DNA from: an uncultured Alistipes sp.
GTDB lineage: Bacteria; Bacteroidota; Bacteroidia; Bacteroidales; Rikenellaceae
Direction of reading: 5' to 3'
Assembly (NCBI GenBank): GCA_900549685.1
Contig: UROX01000001.1
Coordinates: forward strand, 133 to 64,132
Length of the DNA stretch: 64,000 nt
Shown here: positions 1-11,449 of the stretch, piece by piece
Layout of the letters: each line of letters opens with the position of its first letter
Numbering within the stretch: the first letter of the stretch is position 1
The notes under the pieces: generated by a model
The model's database searches: none
What the model was told of the DNA's origin: nothing
Seen by the model: only the letters and a program-made list of their open reading frames with translations
Made by a program: the position numbers and the translations under genes

Positions 1-762
1 GCTATCGTTATCTGCGGCACAACCGGTGAATCCGCTACCATGACCGATCAGGAACATGTGGACTGCATCGAATATGCTGTAAAACGTGTAAACGGCCGCG
101 TTCCGGTCGTTGCAGGCGCTGGCAGCAACCACACCTCCTATGCTGTATGGATGTCCAAAGAAGCAAAACGGGTTGGCGCAGATGCTCTTCTCCACGTTAC
201 TCCATATTACAACAAAACTTCTCAGACAGGTCTCATCCGTCACTTTAACGCAGTTGCGGACGCGACCGACCTGCCGATCATCCTGTACAATGTTCCATCC
301 CGTACCGGTGTCAACATCACCCCTGCTACCTATCGGGAGCTTGCAAAACATCCGAATATCGTTGCAGCCAAAGAGGCTAGCGGCAACATCTCTCAGATTG
401 CGCAGATCGCACAGGCTTGCGGCGATGAGCTGGATCTTTATTCGGGCAACGATGACCAGATTGTTCCTCTGCTTTCTTTGGGTGCAAAGGGCGTTATCTC
501 GGTTCTTTCCAACATTATGCCACGCGAAACTCACGACATCTGCCGTCTGTTCTTTGAAGGAAAGATTGCAGAAAGCCGTGCACTTCAGTTAAAACTCCTG
601 CCGCTGATCAATGCGCTTTTCTCTGACGTAAATCCAATTCCTGTCAAGGAAGCCATGAATATGATGGGCTGGGAGTGCGGCGAATGCCGTCTGCCTCTGG
701 TTTCGATGCAGCCGCAGGCAAAAGAACACCTGCGCGTTCTGATGCAGGAACAGGGCCTGATG
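1..762 (+). CDS. dapA: 4-hydroxy-tetrahydrodipicolinate synthase (5'-truncated at window edge; fused in frame to a PepE fragment, with no stop of its own)
   Basis: Frame open from base 1: ICGTTGES, VTPYYNK, ILYNVPSRTG, AAKEASG (Schiff-base Lys), SGNDD, NPIPVK, CRLPL. Many A/T-ending codons, unlike the rest of the window. Confidence 0.9.
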
Positions 763-1155
763 CAGGTAATCCGCGAACGGGTGCCCGAAGGCGTACCCTA
801 CGTGGGGTGGAGCGCGGGCAGCAACGTGGCCTGTCCCACGATCTGCACGACCAACGACATGCCCATCGTCGAGCCGGCTTCGTTCAACGCGGCGGGCCTG
901 ATCCCCTTCCAGATCAATCCGCATTATCTGGATGCCCATCCCGACGGCCATGCCGGCGAGACGCGCGAGCAGCGGATTCTGGAATACATCGCGGCCAATC
1001 CGGGAATGTACGTCGCAGGGCTGCGTGAGGGTTGTATGCTGAAATTCGAAAACGGGATGCTGACACTCGTAGGCAGCCGTCCCATGCGTATCTTCCGTCA
1101 GGGCGAGAAGCCTTACGAGGTGAATGCGGGCGACGACCTGAGTTTCCTGCTGTAA
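739..1155 (+). CDS. pepE: Dipeptidase E (peptidase S51) C-terminal part; N-terminal portion absent
   Basis: YVGWSAGSNVACPTICTTNDMPIVEP (nucleophile Ser), FQINPHY, GETREQRI, GLREG. The upstream GGNT motif is missing. Confidence 0.85.
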   Translation: MMQEQGLMQVIRERVPEGVPYVGWSAGSNVACPTICTTNDMPIVEPASFNAAGLIPFQINPHYLDAHPDGHAGETREQRILEYIAANPGMYVAGLREGCMLKFENGMLTLVGSRPMRIFRQGEKPYEVNAGDDLSFLL

Positions 1156-1170
1156 CGTTCCGTCGGAATC

Positions 1171-1542
1171 ATGGCGCTTTCGTCGAACATGGAGACCGGG
1201 CTGCGGGCTGAAGAGGCCGCAGCCCGCTTTCTGCTTTCGGAGGGATTCCGGCTGCTGCACCGCAACTGGCGCAGCGGACGGTACGAGCTGGACATCGTGG
1301 CCGAACGGGACGGAGTGCTCCATATCGTGGAGGTCAAGTGCCGCCGCGACGGAGGGCTGACGATGCCCGAGGAGGCGATGACCCGGGCCAAATTCCGGTC
1401 TTTGTTTCGTGCGGCGGAACAGTATATCGCTCTCTACGGTCTGGATATGGACACGCAGTTCGATCTGATAAGCGTCCTGTACGATGCCGGCGGCGGATAC
1501 CGGTTGCAGTATATCCCCGAGGTGATGACGCCGCATTGGTAA
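1171..1542 (+). CDS. YraN family (UPF0102) putative endonuclease
   Basis: G..AEEAA..FL..EG..LLHRNWR...ELDIVA....LHIVEVK; FDLISV. Confidence 0.9.
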   Translation: MALSSNMETGLRAEEAAARFLLSEGFRLLHRNWRSGRYELDIVAERDGVLHIVEVKCRRDGGLTMPEEAMTRAKFRSLFRAAEQYIALYGLDMDTQFDLISVLYDAGGGYRLQYIPEVMTPHW

Positions 1543-2229
1543 ACAGCGAGAGCAGTGTGTTTGCGGATCGGGCAGAGGAGGGCAAAACGAACCGGGAATT
1601 CGTAAGGCTGAGTCTCCGGCCTTGCCTTTATCCGGAAAGGTAACATCCTCGATAGAGATACGGGCGAGCGCTCCTTTCCCGCAAAGGGCCGAAAATCGGC
1701 CGCGGAAAGTCGAGCTGCCCGGCCGCCTTTTCGGATCGACCGATGCCTGCGACTTGCGTGCCGCTGCGAGGAATCTGCCGGCAAATACCCGAAGCGATTG
1801 TCGCAGCGAACGGTCCCCCGGAATATAAATCGGGCCGCCGCAAACGGAGAGAGAAGTTCCCCGTGAAAGTGCGGTATACACTCTATTTTATTCGGACGAT
1901 ACCTTTTAAACGATTTCCCAGCCGCGGGCTTCCGCAGGATAAGGGGAGAGCGCTATCGTTCCGTCGTTTTAAGGGAGCAAGGTCCCTCTGTTGCCCGATA
2001 ATTTTTCGAAACGACAGACCGGATGAAAAAAGCACGGATATGCTTCGCCGCATCGGCGGAGTAAGGACGAAGGCGTTCCGGATCGTTGTCTCCGGTCGGG
2101 GAATCGGCTCCGCCCGTCTGCGCGGCCGAGATCATGCACGCTGCGGACGCCAGCGGCCGAATGCGATCCGACAGCACATGCGAGCAATATGATCGCGATC
2201 CTGTCGCGCAGCATGAAGCGGAATCGCGG

Positions 2230-2928
2230 TTACAGCAAAGCGGGCAATTCGTCCAGCGAGCGTATCTCGAGCGTCGGTTTTTCCTGTCCGGCCGGTTTCC
2301 CCGCCGGATTGAACCATACCGAGTCGATTCCGGATCGGACGGCGCCTATGATGTCGGTCTCGTAGTCGTCGCCGACCATGAGTACCTGCTCGCGTCCGAC
2401 GCCGGCCCGGCACAGGGCATATTCGAAGATGACCGACGAGGGTTTGTTGGCGCCGGCATCCTCGGAACAGACGATACCCCGAAAACAGTCGCTCAGGCCG
2501 CAGTTGGCCAGTTTGATGTGCTGCACTTCGGCGAAGCCGTTGGTCACGATGTACATCGGATAACGTGCGGCGAGCGTGCCGGCCACCTGCCGGGCATGGG
2601 AAATCAGGTTCGTGAACGTCGGGGCGAGCCGCACGTAAGCGTCGCTCAACGCACGGGTCAGCTCCGCGTCGCGGATGCCGATTCCGGCGAGCATCTCCTC
2701 GAAACGCGTGTCGCGCAATACCTCGCGGGAGACTTTCCCGTCGCGGTACTCGTCCCACAGCCGTGCGTTGCTCGCAGCGTAGAGCGAAAAACAGGTTTCG
2801 AAATCGGCACCGGAACGTTCCAGTCCGTATCGGGTATACATCACGCGCAACGCTTCCTTCTGGTTGAGGTCCACGTTCCAGAGCGTGCGATCAAGGTCGA
2901 AAAACAGACAGTCGTATTTTTTCACCAT
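2230..2928 (-). CDS. YjjG family noncanonical pyrimidine nucleotidase (HAD hydrolase)
   Basis: FFDLDRTLW, IVTNGF, KP..IFEYAL, MVGDDYETDIIGA. Start placed at MVKKYD (2928), just downstream of a -7 box. Confidence 0.88.
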   Translation of the reverse strand: MVKKYDCLFFDLDRTLWNVDLNQKEALRVMYTRYGLERSGADFETCFSLYAASNARLWDEYRDGKVSREVLRDTRFEEMLAGIGIRDAELTRALSDAYVRLAPTFTNLISHARQVAGTLAARYPMYIVTNGFAEVQHIKLANCGLSDCFRGIVCSEDAGANKPSSVIFEYALCRAGVGREQVLMVGDDYETDIIGAVRSGIDSVWFNPAGKPAGQEKPTLEIRSLDELPALL

Positions 2929-2936
2929 GCTTTGCG

Positions 2937-2957
2937 TATCTTTGCGCCTCAAAGATA
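2937..2957. promoter_or_regulatory. Two overlapping, oppositely oriented Bacteroidota -7 boxes
   Basis: TATCTTTG on + (2937-2944) and CAAAGATA (TATCTTTG on -, 2950-2957) in the 35-bp gap between divergent genes. Confidence 0.65.
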
Positions 2958-2963
2958 ACGTCT

Positions 2964-3899
2964 ATGAACGCAAAGGCCAAAGGGTATGTGCTGGGGGCGG
3001 TCGCTGCGGCGACCTACGGGATGAACCCGTTGTTCGCCCTGCCGCTTTACGAGGCGGGTATGGATCCCGACTCAGTCCTCTTTTTCCGCTATCTGTTCGC
3101 CATCCCGTTGCTGGGTGTCATGCTCCGGGCGAGAGGACGGAGGCTCGGCGTATCCCGCCGGCAGCTGCCCGTTCTGATCGCAATGGGACTGTTGGTCGCC
3201 CTCTCCTCCCTCGCCCTGTTCCAGAGTTACAATTACATGGATGCGGGCATCGCCTCGACGCTGCTGTTCGTCTATCCGGTCATGGTGGCGCTGATGATGG
3301 CTGTCGTCTGCAAGGAAAAGCCCTCGGTGCAGACGGTCGTGTGCATCCTGCTGGTTTCGGTCGGCATCGGACTGCTCTACAAGGGCAGCGACGGAGCGAC
3401 CCTCTCTCCGGTCGGCATGATACTGGTGTTCGTCTCGTCGTTTTCCTATGCGCTCTATATCGTCGGTGTCAATCGCACGTCCCTGAAAGACATGGCGACG
3501 CTCAAGGTCGCCTTCTACGTACTGCTTTTCGGACTGTCGCTGTTCGTGGTCCGGCTCGGCATGAACGGCGGGCTGCATCTGCCCGGACAATGGTATCTGT
3601 GGGGCAACCTGCTCGCACTGGCCGTTTTTCCGACAGCCGTATCTTTCGTCTGCACCACCGGGGCGATCCGGTACATCGGGTCCACACCGACAGCCATTCT
3701 GGGTGCGCTGGAACCTGTGACGGCGGTAGTTTTCGGCATTACCGTTTTCGGCGAGACGCTGACGCTCCGCGAGGGGATCGGTCTGGCGACGATCGTGGCG
3801 GCCGTCTCCGGTGTCGTGGCCGGCGAACGTATGGCTGTCTGGACGGTCCGTCTGCGGAAACTGTTTCCGAAGGTGCCGGTCGGCAACAGGCGGAAATGA
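2964..3899 (+). CDS. DMT/EamA family transporter
   Basis: About 10 hydrophobic segments in two repeats; GIASTLLFVYPV, ILGALEPVTAVVFG..VFGE. Confidence 0.88.
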   Translation: MNAKAKGYVLGAVAAATYGMNPLFALPLYEAGMDPDSVLFFRYLFAIPLLGVMLRARGRRLGVSRRQLPVLIAMGLLVALSSLALFQSYNYMDAGIASTLLFVYPVMVALMMAVVCKEKPSVQTVVCILLVSVGIGLLYKGSDGATLSPVGMILVFVSSFSYALYIVGVNRTSLKDMATLKVAFYVLLFGLSLFVVRLGMNGGLHLPGQWYLWGNLLALAVFPTAVSFVCTTGAIRYIGSTPTAILGALEPVTAVVFGITVFGETLTLREGIGLATIVAAVSGVVAGERMAVWTVRLRKLFPKVPVGNRRK

Positions 3900-4285
3900 T
3901 CGTGGCCCGACAGGCGAACCGGTAAAACCGGCCTTGTCGCTTCCTGCCAGACCTGCCGGCAGAGGAGTGCATACCGTATTCCCGCATCGTGTCCCGTGCG
4001 ATTGTCGTATCCTTAAAATCCGAACGACCGGCCTGTTTCCCGCTCCGGCCGATGGGATCGCGGCCTGTACGGGTCCCGTGCCCGGAACGGCGCCGTTTAC
4101 GGCCGCTGTCCCGGAAGGTCCGGGCGGGTGTCCGGCAGCGACAAATACCGGTGCTCCGAAATAAATCCTTGTGTGCCGTTTTTTGCTCCGTTTATAATTA
4201 TAAACAGAGCGCACACGAAGTTTCGTGTGCGCCCGTTCGTCCGGATTTTTCCAAAAGACGTGGTGTATGCCGGATGTCCGATCCG

Positions 4286-5005
4286 TTATTTCTGTTCCGA
4301 AAGGTACTCGTCGTAGAAGCGCAGGAACAGCGTGGGGTCTTCAATCAATTCCTTGATGTGGGCCTTTTTCTCTTTGCCTTTATAGAAATATTCCGTGATT
4401 TTATTTTCCAGTTCCGGCTGGTCTTTTTTGAACAGGGCTTTCATGATCTGCATTTCCAGCGCTTTATCCTTCATAATGTAATACACGATGTTGCTGCGTT
4501 CCTGATCGTGAAACCGCACGCCCCGGTACGTGGCGATGTAAGTGCGGGATCGGCCGTTGGGCAGAGGTACCGAAGCGTAGCCTCTCCAGCGGTAGAGTGT
4601 GGCGTTGTCGCCCTCTTTTTCGACGATCATCAGCATCTTGGTCGTGTGGTAGCGGTCTTTGAGGTTCGGCTGGATCAGGTCGTGCGATTCCCAGCGCATG
4701 CCGGCCGGTTCGGCTTCCGAGGCTTCGACGAAAACGATGTTGTCGATGTCGTCGGCCGTGTATTTGGTTGCCTCGTCGCCTTTGGCATCCGGCGAGGGAA
4801 CGATCTTGAGCGAATAGTTGGCCTTTTTGAGCGAATAGGCGTTCACTTCCCAGTTACGGTGGATGTATCCGTCCACCTTTTCGCCGGAGTTGAGCGTGAT
4901 GATGACGTGGCGGAATTCCTGATCTTCGGGTTTCTTGGCTTCGGCCCGAGAGACGATACCGAACAGAACGAGGGCAGAACAAACTGCGGCGAGGAAAGGT
5001 TTCAT
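4286..5005 (-). CDS. Hypothetical secreted protein
   Basis: Signal peptide ending AEA; natural amino-acid composition; A-rich leader before the ATG. Confidence 0.75.
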   Translation of the reverse strand: MKPFLAAVCSALVLFGIVSRAEAKKPEDQEFRHVIITLNSGEKVDGYIHRNWEVNAYSLKKANYSLKIVPSPDAKGDEATKYTADDIDNIVFVEASEAEPAGMRWESHDLIQPNLKDRYHTTKMLMIVEKEGDNATLYRWRGYASVPLPNGRSRTYIATYRGVRFHDQERSNIVYYIMKDKALEMQIMKALFKKDQPELENKITEYFYKGKEKKAHIKELIEDPTLFLRFYDEYLSEQK

Positions 5006-5173
5006 AGTCGTTTATTTTAATTTAAAAAGATTGGGCGTCGCTTTTCGTCGGAGTCGCTCCGGACGGAATGTCGGAATCGCCTTCTGCCGTCCAGAGGCTT
5101 GCCGTCGCCGGCGAACGGAGACTTGCCGAAACGATCTTCGTCCGGAATCGGCGTCCGCGGCTCCGGTTTAGCT

Positions 5174-5797
5174 TTACCGGTTTGCAGGAACATAATCCCC
5201 GAGCATGCTCAGTGTTTTAGAACGGATACTGCTCGACTGGCGGATGCGCTCGCACAATTCCGGATCGTCGGCGATGTATTCGCAAATCCGCCGGCGGAAG
5301 GCGTCGTTCGAATTGCTTTCCAGACTTCCGATCGAATACGGTGCGCTTTCTCCGCTTTTCTGGAGATAATACGACATTTTCGTCTTGTTGAACGTTTTCT
5401 GTTTATAAAGAGCACGCATGCCTCCGCTGGAGTAAAGAGTATAACCTTTTTTGGCGTACAGGTAGACCCGGATGTGGGGATTCTCGACATAGACCCAGCT
5501 CCAGCCCACCGAAGGGACGAAGCATATCTTGCGCGGATATTCCTTGCCCTGCGGATGCCAGCAGACAATCGAATCGATGTCCGAGGGAAGGTAGGTCGTT
5601 TTTTCTTTTTCTTTCTGTTTCGAGAAAGCGTTCCGGAAAGCCTTCAGCTTCAGCGATTGGCGGGGCAGTTCGATCCGGTCGCGACCGGTGTATTCGACGC
5701 GTGTGCCGTCTTTGAGGTAGATGATGCCTTCGGCCAGCCCCGCACGGAGCGTACCGGCGCCGCAGAGCAGCAGAACGAACAGCAGACAGGTTCTCAT
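5174..5797 (-). CDS. Hypothetical secreted protein, probably related to 4286-5005
   Basis: Signal peptide MRTCLLFVLLLCGAGTLRA; -7 box TATCTTTG on - strand at 5872-5879. Confidence 0.72.
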   Translation of the reverse strand: MRTCLLFVLLLCGAGTLRAGLAEGIIYLKDGTRVEYTGRDRIELPRQSLKLKAFRNAFSKQKEKEKTTYLPSDIDSIVCWHPQGKEYPRKICFVPSVGWSWVYVENPHIRVYLYAKKGYTLYSSGGMRALYKQKTFNKTKMSYYLQKSGESAPYSIGSLESNSNDAFRRRICEYIADDPELCERIRQSSSIRSKTLSMLGDYVPANR

Positions 5798-6561
5798 ATC
5801 GGATATGTTTCGGGTTTTCGCGCATGGCCGTCCGCAACGAAGAGACATCGGACGGTTAAGGAATTACTGAACAAAGATAATGAAAAATCTTTCCGAAATG
5901 CGTTCCGGCAGTCGTCTGCGGACGATACGAACTGCCGTTCCTGCCAAGAATCGCCGAAAAGCCGGCGGCAGCGGCCGGCGCAAGAAGCGGAAGCCTCCGG
6001 CACAGTCGGCGCACCCCGTTCGCTCCGCCGGCCGCTCCGGCCAAAATCCGTTTTTGCGGACAGAAGCTCTTTCGTTTCCGTTATGTATCAGAAAAAAAGT
6101 GCATTCCACACCGGCAAACGGCAGCAGGACGATGGTCCGCATCCATCGGACCGCCCCGTTTTCGGGTCATGCCCGCTGCATCCATCGGGAGCGAACGATA
6201 TACCGGAAAGGAGAAGATACGCATCCATATCCGCCCGGATCGACGATTTTATCGGATTGCGTACGAAAGCAAAAAATAAATTGTTTTTGACATTTTTCAC
6301 CGGGCGATCCGACGATGCCGCACCCATATCGGACGGACGATTCGTCTTCCGGCTGCAGAAAACGAGTATCTGCCCGGACGGTCCCCGGCAGATCGGCCGC
6401 TGCTTGTCCGGAGAAAAGACCGAATACAGGTCTTCTCCCGCTGTTTCCCCATCGGACCGTCGGCGGTCGGAGGCAGACTTCGGGACGGAACCGGAAAAAC
6501 GACCGGGGCCGGAAGCGTCGAAAACTTCCGGCCCCGAGGACGTATGCGGTCTGCGGACGGA

Positions 6562-9324
6562 TCAGCAGACGATATTGACGATTTTGCCGGGAACGACGAT
6601 CACTTTCCGGGGCGTTTTGCCATCGAGGTATTTCTCCGTCGTCGGATCGGCCAGTACGGCGGCTTCCACATCCTTGGGCGTCAGCGAGGCCGGCAGATTC
6701 TTTTTGAAACGGACCTTGCCGTTGAACGAGACGGGGTATTCGACGTTGTCCTCGGCAAGGTATTTCTCGTCGAATTCCGGGAACCGCGCGTCGCAGACCG
6801 AGGTCGTGTGACCCAGCTTCTCCCATATCTCCTCGGCGATGTGGGGGGCGAACGGCGCGATGAGCACGACGAGCGGTTCGAGCACGGCCCGTTTGGCGCA
6901 TTTGGCTCCGCCCAGTTCGTTCAGGCAAATCATAAAGGCGCTCACCGACGTGTTGAACGAGAAGTTCTCGATGTCTTCGGTCACCTTGCGGATCGTTTTG
7001 TGCAGCGTTTTGAGCTCGGCGGGCGAGGGCGTTTCGTCGGTGACGATCAGTTTGCCGTCGCGGTCGAAGAACAGCCTCCAGAACCGGCGCAGGAATTTAT
7101 GCACGCCGTCGATGCCGTTGGTGTCCCACGGCTTGCTCTGTTCGAGCGGACCGAGGAACATCTCGTACATGCGCAGCGTATCGGCACCGTAGTCGCGGAC
7201 GATGTGATCGGGATTGACGACGTTGTACATCGACTTCGACATCTTCTCGACGGCCCAGCCGCAGACGTATTTCCCGTCTTCGAGCACGAATTCCGCATCG
7301 GCGAATTCGGGTCGCCATTTCCGGAAAGCCTCCGTGTCAAGCACGTCGCCCCGCACGATGTTCACGTCCACATGGATCTCCTGCGTGTCGTAGCCGTCCT
7401 TGAGGCCCAGCGACACGAAGCGGTTGGTGCCCTTGATGCGGTAGACGAAATTCGAGCGCCCCTGGATCATGCCCTGGTTGATGAGCTTTTTGAAAGGTTC
7501 CGGCTCGCAGACGTACCCCAGGTCGTAGAGGAACATGTTCCAGAAACGGGAATACATCAGGTGGCCGGTGGCGTGTTCGATGCCGCCGACGTAGAGGTCC
7601 ACGTTACGCCAGTATTCGTCGGCCTCCTTCGAGACGAGCGCCCGGTCGTTGTGCGGGTCCATGTAGCGGAGGTAGTAGGCCGACGAACCGGCGAAGCCGG
7701 GCATCGTGCTCAGTTCGTACGGATAGCCTTCGGCGGTGTGCCACCCTTCGGCCCGCGCCAACGGAGGTTCGCCCTCGGCCGTGGGTCCGAAGTTTTCGAT
7801 CGGAGGCAGCGTGAGCGGCAGCTCGCTCTCGGAGATCGGACAGGCGATGTCGTCCTTATAATAGACCGGGAACGGCTCGCCCCAGTAGCGCTGGCGGCTG
7901 AAGATGGCGTCCCGCAGCCGGTAGTTGATCTTGCGTCGTCCGAAGCCCCGTTTCTCGATTTCGTCGATCATGGCAGGAATCGCCTCTTTAACGTCCATGC
8001 CGTCGAGGAATTCGGAATTGATCATGCGGCCCTGCTTGGCGTCGTACGATTCTTCCGAGAGGTCGCCACCCTCCACGACCGGAACGATCGGCAGATCGAA
8101 GTGGCGGGCGAAAGCGTAGTCGCGGCTATCGTGCGCCGGAACGGCCATGATGGCTCCCGTACCGTAGCCGGCCAGTACGTAGTCGCTGATGTAGATCGGA
8201 ATCTCGGTTCCGTTGAACGGGTTGATCGCGTAGCCGCCGGTGAACTGTCCGCTCACACGCTTGGTGTCGGCCATGCGTTCGCGTTCGGAGCGTTTTTTCG
8301 TCTCGTCGAGGTAGGCGGCTACGGCTTCGCGGTATTCGTCGGTCGTGATCTTCTCCACCGCCTCGTGTTCCGGAGCCAGTACCATGAACGTCACGCCGAA
8401 GATCGTGTCGGCCCGCGTCGTGAAAACTTCGAGCTTCTCTTCGAGTCCTTTGAGACCGAAGAAAACCTGCGCTCCCTGACTGCGCCCGATCCAGTTGCGC
8501 TGGATTTCCTTGAGCGAGTCGCTCCATTCGAGCGCGTCGAGGCCGTCGAGCATGCGTTGTGCGTAGGCGGTGACGCGCAACAGCCATTGTTTCATCTTTT
8601 TCTGAACGACCGGATAGCCTCCGCGCACCGACAGGCCGTCCTTCACCTCGTCGTTGGCCAGCACCGTGCCCAGCTCGGCGCACCAGTTCACGAGCGTGTC
8701 GGCCCGGAACGCCAGCCGGTAGTTTTGCAGCACGTTCTCTTTTTCGGCTTCGTCCATCGCTTTCCACTCCTCGGCCGTGAACTCCATCGGTACGGTGCAG
8801 GCGGCGTTTACGCCGGCCGTGCCGGAGGTTTCGAACGCGGCGACCAGTTCCTCGACGGGACGTGCCCGACGGCTGTCGTTGCAGTAATAGCAGCCGAACA
8901 TTTTGAGGAACGCCCACTGCGTCCATTTGTAGTATTCCGGATCGCAAGTGCGGATCTGACGGTCCCAGTCGAAGCTGAAGCCGATCTTGTCGAGCTGCTC
9001 GCGGTAGCGGGCGATGTTGTTTTCGGTCGTCACGGCCGGGTGCTGGCCGGTCTGTATGGCGTATTGTTCGGCGGGCAGTCCGAAGGCGTCGTAGCCCATC
9101 GGATGCAGGACATTGAAGCCCCGGAGCCGTTTGTAACGCGAATAGATGTCCGAGGCGATGTAACCCAGCGGGTGTCCCACATGCAGTCCGGCTCCGGAAG
9201 GATAGGGGAACATGTCGAGCACGTAGAATTTGGGGCGGTCGGGGTCGATTTCCACCCGGTAGGTCTTGTTCTCGGCCCAGCGGTGCTGCCATTTTTTCTC
9301 AATTTCTCTGAAATCGTATTCCAT
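6562..9324 (-). CDS. leuS: Leucine--tRNA ligase
   Basis: [16 protein letters not shown] (HIGH), [16 protein letters not shown]-terminal VPGKIVNIV. Confidence 0.98.
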   Translation of the reverse strand: MEYDFREIEKKWQHRWAENKTYRVEIDPDRPKFYVLDMFPYPSGAGLHVGHPLGYIASDIYSRYKRLRGFNVLHPMGYDAFGLPAEQYAIQTGQHPAVTTENNIARYREQLDKIGFSFDWDRQIRTCDPEYYKWTQWAFLKMFGCYYCNDSRRARPVEELVAAFETSGTAGVNAACTVPMEFTAEEWKAMDEAEKENVLQNYRLAFRADTLVNWCAELGTVLANDEVKDGLSVRGGYPVVQKKMKQWLLRVTAYAQRMLDGLDALEWSDSLKEIQRNWIGRSQGAQVFFGLKGLEEKLEVFTTRADTIFGVTFMVLAPEHEAVEKITTDEYREAVAAYLDETKKRSERERMADTKRVSGQFTGGYAINPFNGTEIPIYISDYVLAGYGTGAIMAVPAHDSRDYAFARHFDLPIVPVVEGGDLSEESYDAKQGRMINSEFLDGMDVKEAIPAMIDEIEKRGFGRRKINYRLRDAIFSRQRYWGEPFPVYYKDDIACPISESELPLTLPPIENFGPTAEGEPPLARAEGWHTAEGYPYELSTMPGFAGSSAYYLRYMDPHNDRALVSKEADEYWRNVDLYVGGIEHATGHLMYSRFWNMFLYDLGYVCEPEPFKKLINQGMIQGRSNFVYRIKGTNRFVSLGLKDGYDTQEIHVDVNIVRGDVLDTEAFRKWRPEFADAEFVLEDGKYVCGWAVEKMSKSMYNVVNPDHIVRDYGADTLRMYEMFLGPLEQSKPWDTNGIDGVHKFLRRFWRLFFDRDGKLIVTDETPSPAELKTLHKTIRKVTEDIENFSFNTSVSAFMICLNELGGAKCAKRAVLEPLVVLIAPFAPHIAEEIWEKLGHTTSVCDARFPEFDEKYLAEDNVEYPVSFNGKVRFKKNLPASLTPKDVEAAVLADPTTEKYLDGKTPRKVIVVPGKIVNIVC

Positions 9325-9330
9325 AGGGTG

Positions 9331-11223
9331 CTATTCTTGTTTGTTTCGTTTGCATTCCATGAGGGCTTCGTAGATGCCCTGTTCGTCGATGCCGCATATC
9401 CGGCGCAACTGGGCCTGCGTGCCGTGTTGCACGAAACGGTCCGGAACGCCGAGCATGTCGATGCGGACGGCGTATCCGTGGCGGTTCATGAATTCCAGCA
9501 CGGCCGATCCCATGCCGCCGCGGACGGTTCCGTCTTCGACGGTTACGATGCGGTCGAACCGCCGTCCCACCTCGTGCAGCCGGGCCTCGTCCAGCGGTTT
9601 GACGAAACGCAGGTCGATGTGCGCGGCCGAGACGCCGTCGGCATCGGCCCGGCGGACGGCTACCGCCGCATCGTTGCCCACGGGACCCAGCGTCAGCACG
9701 GCCACATCCGTACCTTCGCGGAGCAGACGGCTGCTGCCGACCGGTATTTCTTCGAACGGCCGACGCCAGTCGGGCGTAACGCCTGCACCCCGCGGATAGC
9801 GGATGACGAACGGGCCGCGTCCGAGCGAGGCGGTATACATCAGGTTGCGCAATTCGACCTCGTCCATCGGCGAAGAGACCGTCAGTCCGGGAACCGAACG
9901 CATATAGGCAATGTCGAAGACACCGTGGTGCGTGGGACCGTCCTCGCCCACCAGTCCGGCCCGGTCGAGGCACATGACCACAGGGAGTCCCTGCAACGCC
10001 ACGTCGTGAACGACATTGTCGTAGGCCCGCTGCATGAACGACGAGTAGATGTTGCAGAAGGGGATCATGCCCGCCGCGGCCAATCCGGCCGAGAACGTTA
10101 CGGCATGTCCCTCGGCGATGCCCACGTCGAAACAGCGTTCGGGGATGCGCTCCATCATCCGGTTGAGCGAGCAGCCCGTAGGCATGGCCGGCGTGATGCC
10201 GGCTATGCGTTCGTCGGCGAGCGCCAGCTCGAGGATCGTCTCGCCGAAAACGTCCTGATAGAGCGGCGGGCGGTGTCCGTCTTTGGAGACGATCCGTTCG
10301 CCCGTTTCGGGGTTGAACGCTCCGGGGGCGTGCCATATCTGCTGGTGCTCTTCGGCCGGCCGGTATCCTTTGCCCTTGACGGTCAGCACGTGGAGCAGTT
10401 TGGGACCGGGTATCCGCTTCAGATCGCCCAGTACGCGGACCAGCTGCGCGGTGTCGTGTCCATCCACCGGACCGAAATACCGGAAGCGGAGGCTCTCGAA
10501 CAGGTTGCTCTGCTGCAGGAGGCCCTGCTTGAGCGCATTGCCCGTTTTCTGGATCAGGCGTCTGAGCCGGGGGAAGCGTTCGAGCCGGGACCAAGTCTTG
10601 GTCTTGAACAGGTTGTAGCCCTTGGACGTCGATATGCTCAACAGATATTCTTTCAGCGCCCCGACGTTCGGGTCGATGGCCATGCGGTTGTCGTTGAGGA
10701 TGACCAGCAGGTCGGTGTTGGCCGCTCCGGCGTTGTTGAGTCCCTCGAAGGCGAGGCCTCCGGTCAGCGCCCCGTCGCCGATGACGGCGACCACCTGCCG
10801 TTTCTCTCCGCGCAGGGCCGAGGCCGTGGCAATCCCCAGCGCGGCGGAAATCGACGTCGAGGAGTGCCCCGTCCCGAAGGCGTCGTAAGGACTTTCGCTC
10901 ATTTTCGGGAATCCGCTCAGTCCGTCCAGCTTGCGGTTCGTGCAGAAACGGTCGCGGCGGCCGGTGATGATCTTGTGCGCATAGGCCTGGTGGCCGACGT
11001 CCCAGATCAGTTTGTCTTCGGGCGTGTCGAACACGTAATGCAGCGCGGCGGTCAGCTCCACGACGCCGAGGCTCGATCCCAGATGGCCGGGATTGGCGGC
11101 CAGCTGCGAGACGATGAAACGGCGCAGTTCGTCGCAATAACGGGGAAGCTCCTCCGGCCGGAGCTTGCGCAAGTCGGCCGGGGAGTCGATGCGGTCGAGG
11201 TATTTGTATTCCGTTGCTGCCAT
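9331..11223 (-). CDS. dxs: 1-deoxy-D-xylulose-5-phosphate synthase
   Basis: [28 protein letters not shown]...LNDN (TPP motif), [19 protein letters not shown]. Start at MAATEY; -7 box TACCTTTG on - strand at 11248-11255. Confidence 0.97.
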   Translation of the reverse strand: MAATEYKYLDRIDSPADLRKLRPEELPRYCDELRRFIVSQLAANPGHLGSSLGVVELTAALHYVFDTPEDKLIWDVGHQAYAHKIITGRRDRFCTNRKLDGLSGFPKMSESPYDAFGTGHSSTSISAALGIATASALRGEKRQVVAVIGDGALTGGLAFEGLNNAGAANTDLLVILNDNRMAIDPNVGALKEYLLSISTSKGYNLFKTKTWSRLERFPRLRRLIQKTGNALKQGLLQQSNLFESLRFRYFGPVDGHDTAQLVRVLGDLKRIPGPKLLHVLTVKGKGYRPAEEHQQIWHAPGAFNPETGERIVSKDGHRPPLYQDVFGETILELALADERIAGITPAMPTGCSLNRMMERIPERCFDVGIAEGHAVTFSAGLAAAGMIPFCNIYSSFMQRAYDNVVHDVALQGLPVVMCLDRAGLVGEDGPTHHGVFDIAYMRSVPGLTVSSPMDEVELRNLMYTASLGRGPFVIRYPRGAGVTPDWRRPFEEIPVGSSRLLREGTDVAVLTLGPVGNDAAVAVRRADADGVSAAHIDLRFVKPLDEARLHEVGRRFDRIVTVEDGTVRGGMGSAVLEFMNRHGYAVRIDMLGVPDRFVQHGTQAQLRRICGIDEQGIYEALMECKRNKQE

Positions 11224-11449
11224 TTTTGGATCGCGAAGAATAATCGACAAAGGTAATAAAAAAAACAGACCCCGGCCGCAACGCACCGTTTTATGGTCTT
11301 TTGCGACCCGATTATTCCGTCGCTCGTTGCGCGATAACGAATTGTTTCGTATCTTCGTGGCTGATTCGGGTATTCCGTTCCGCTTCGTCGTGCAACGGAA
11401 GTCCCGGGAGGACGAACCCGCACGCGAAGGTGCATAAACGGAAGACCGT

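Noticed and set aside
1543..2229. 690-bp spacer between convergent genes with several short ORFs and a weak inverted repeat near 1903-1974
   Set aside because: The ORFs are Arg/Pro-rich with no motifs, and the repeat is short and imperfect.
6544..11256. 1570-aa ORF on + (and similar giants at 40714-44343, 45898-48528, 37421-39766, 16720-18678, 25477-28083, 53309-55465)
   Set aside because: Antisense shadows of real genes. GC-biased codon usage removes stops on the opposite strand, and leuS and dxs share a frame, so the shadow spans both. No recognisable motifs.
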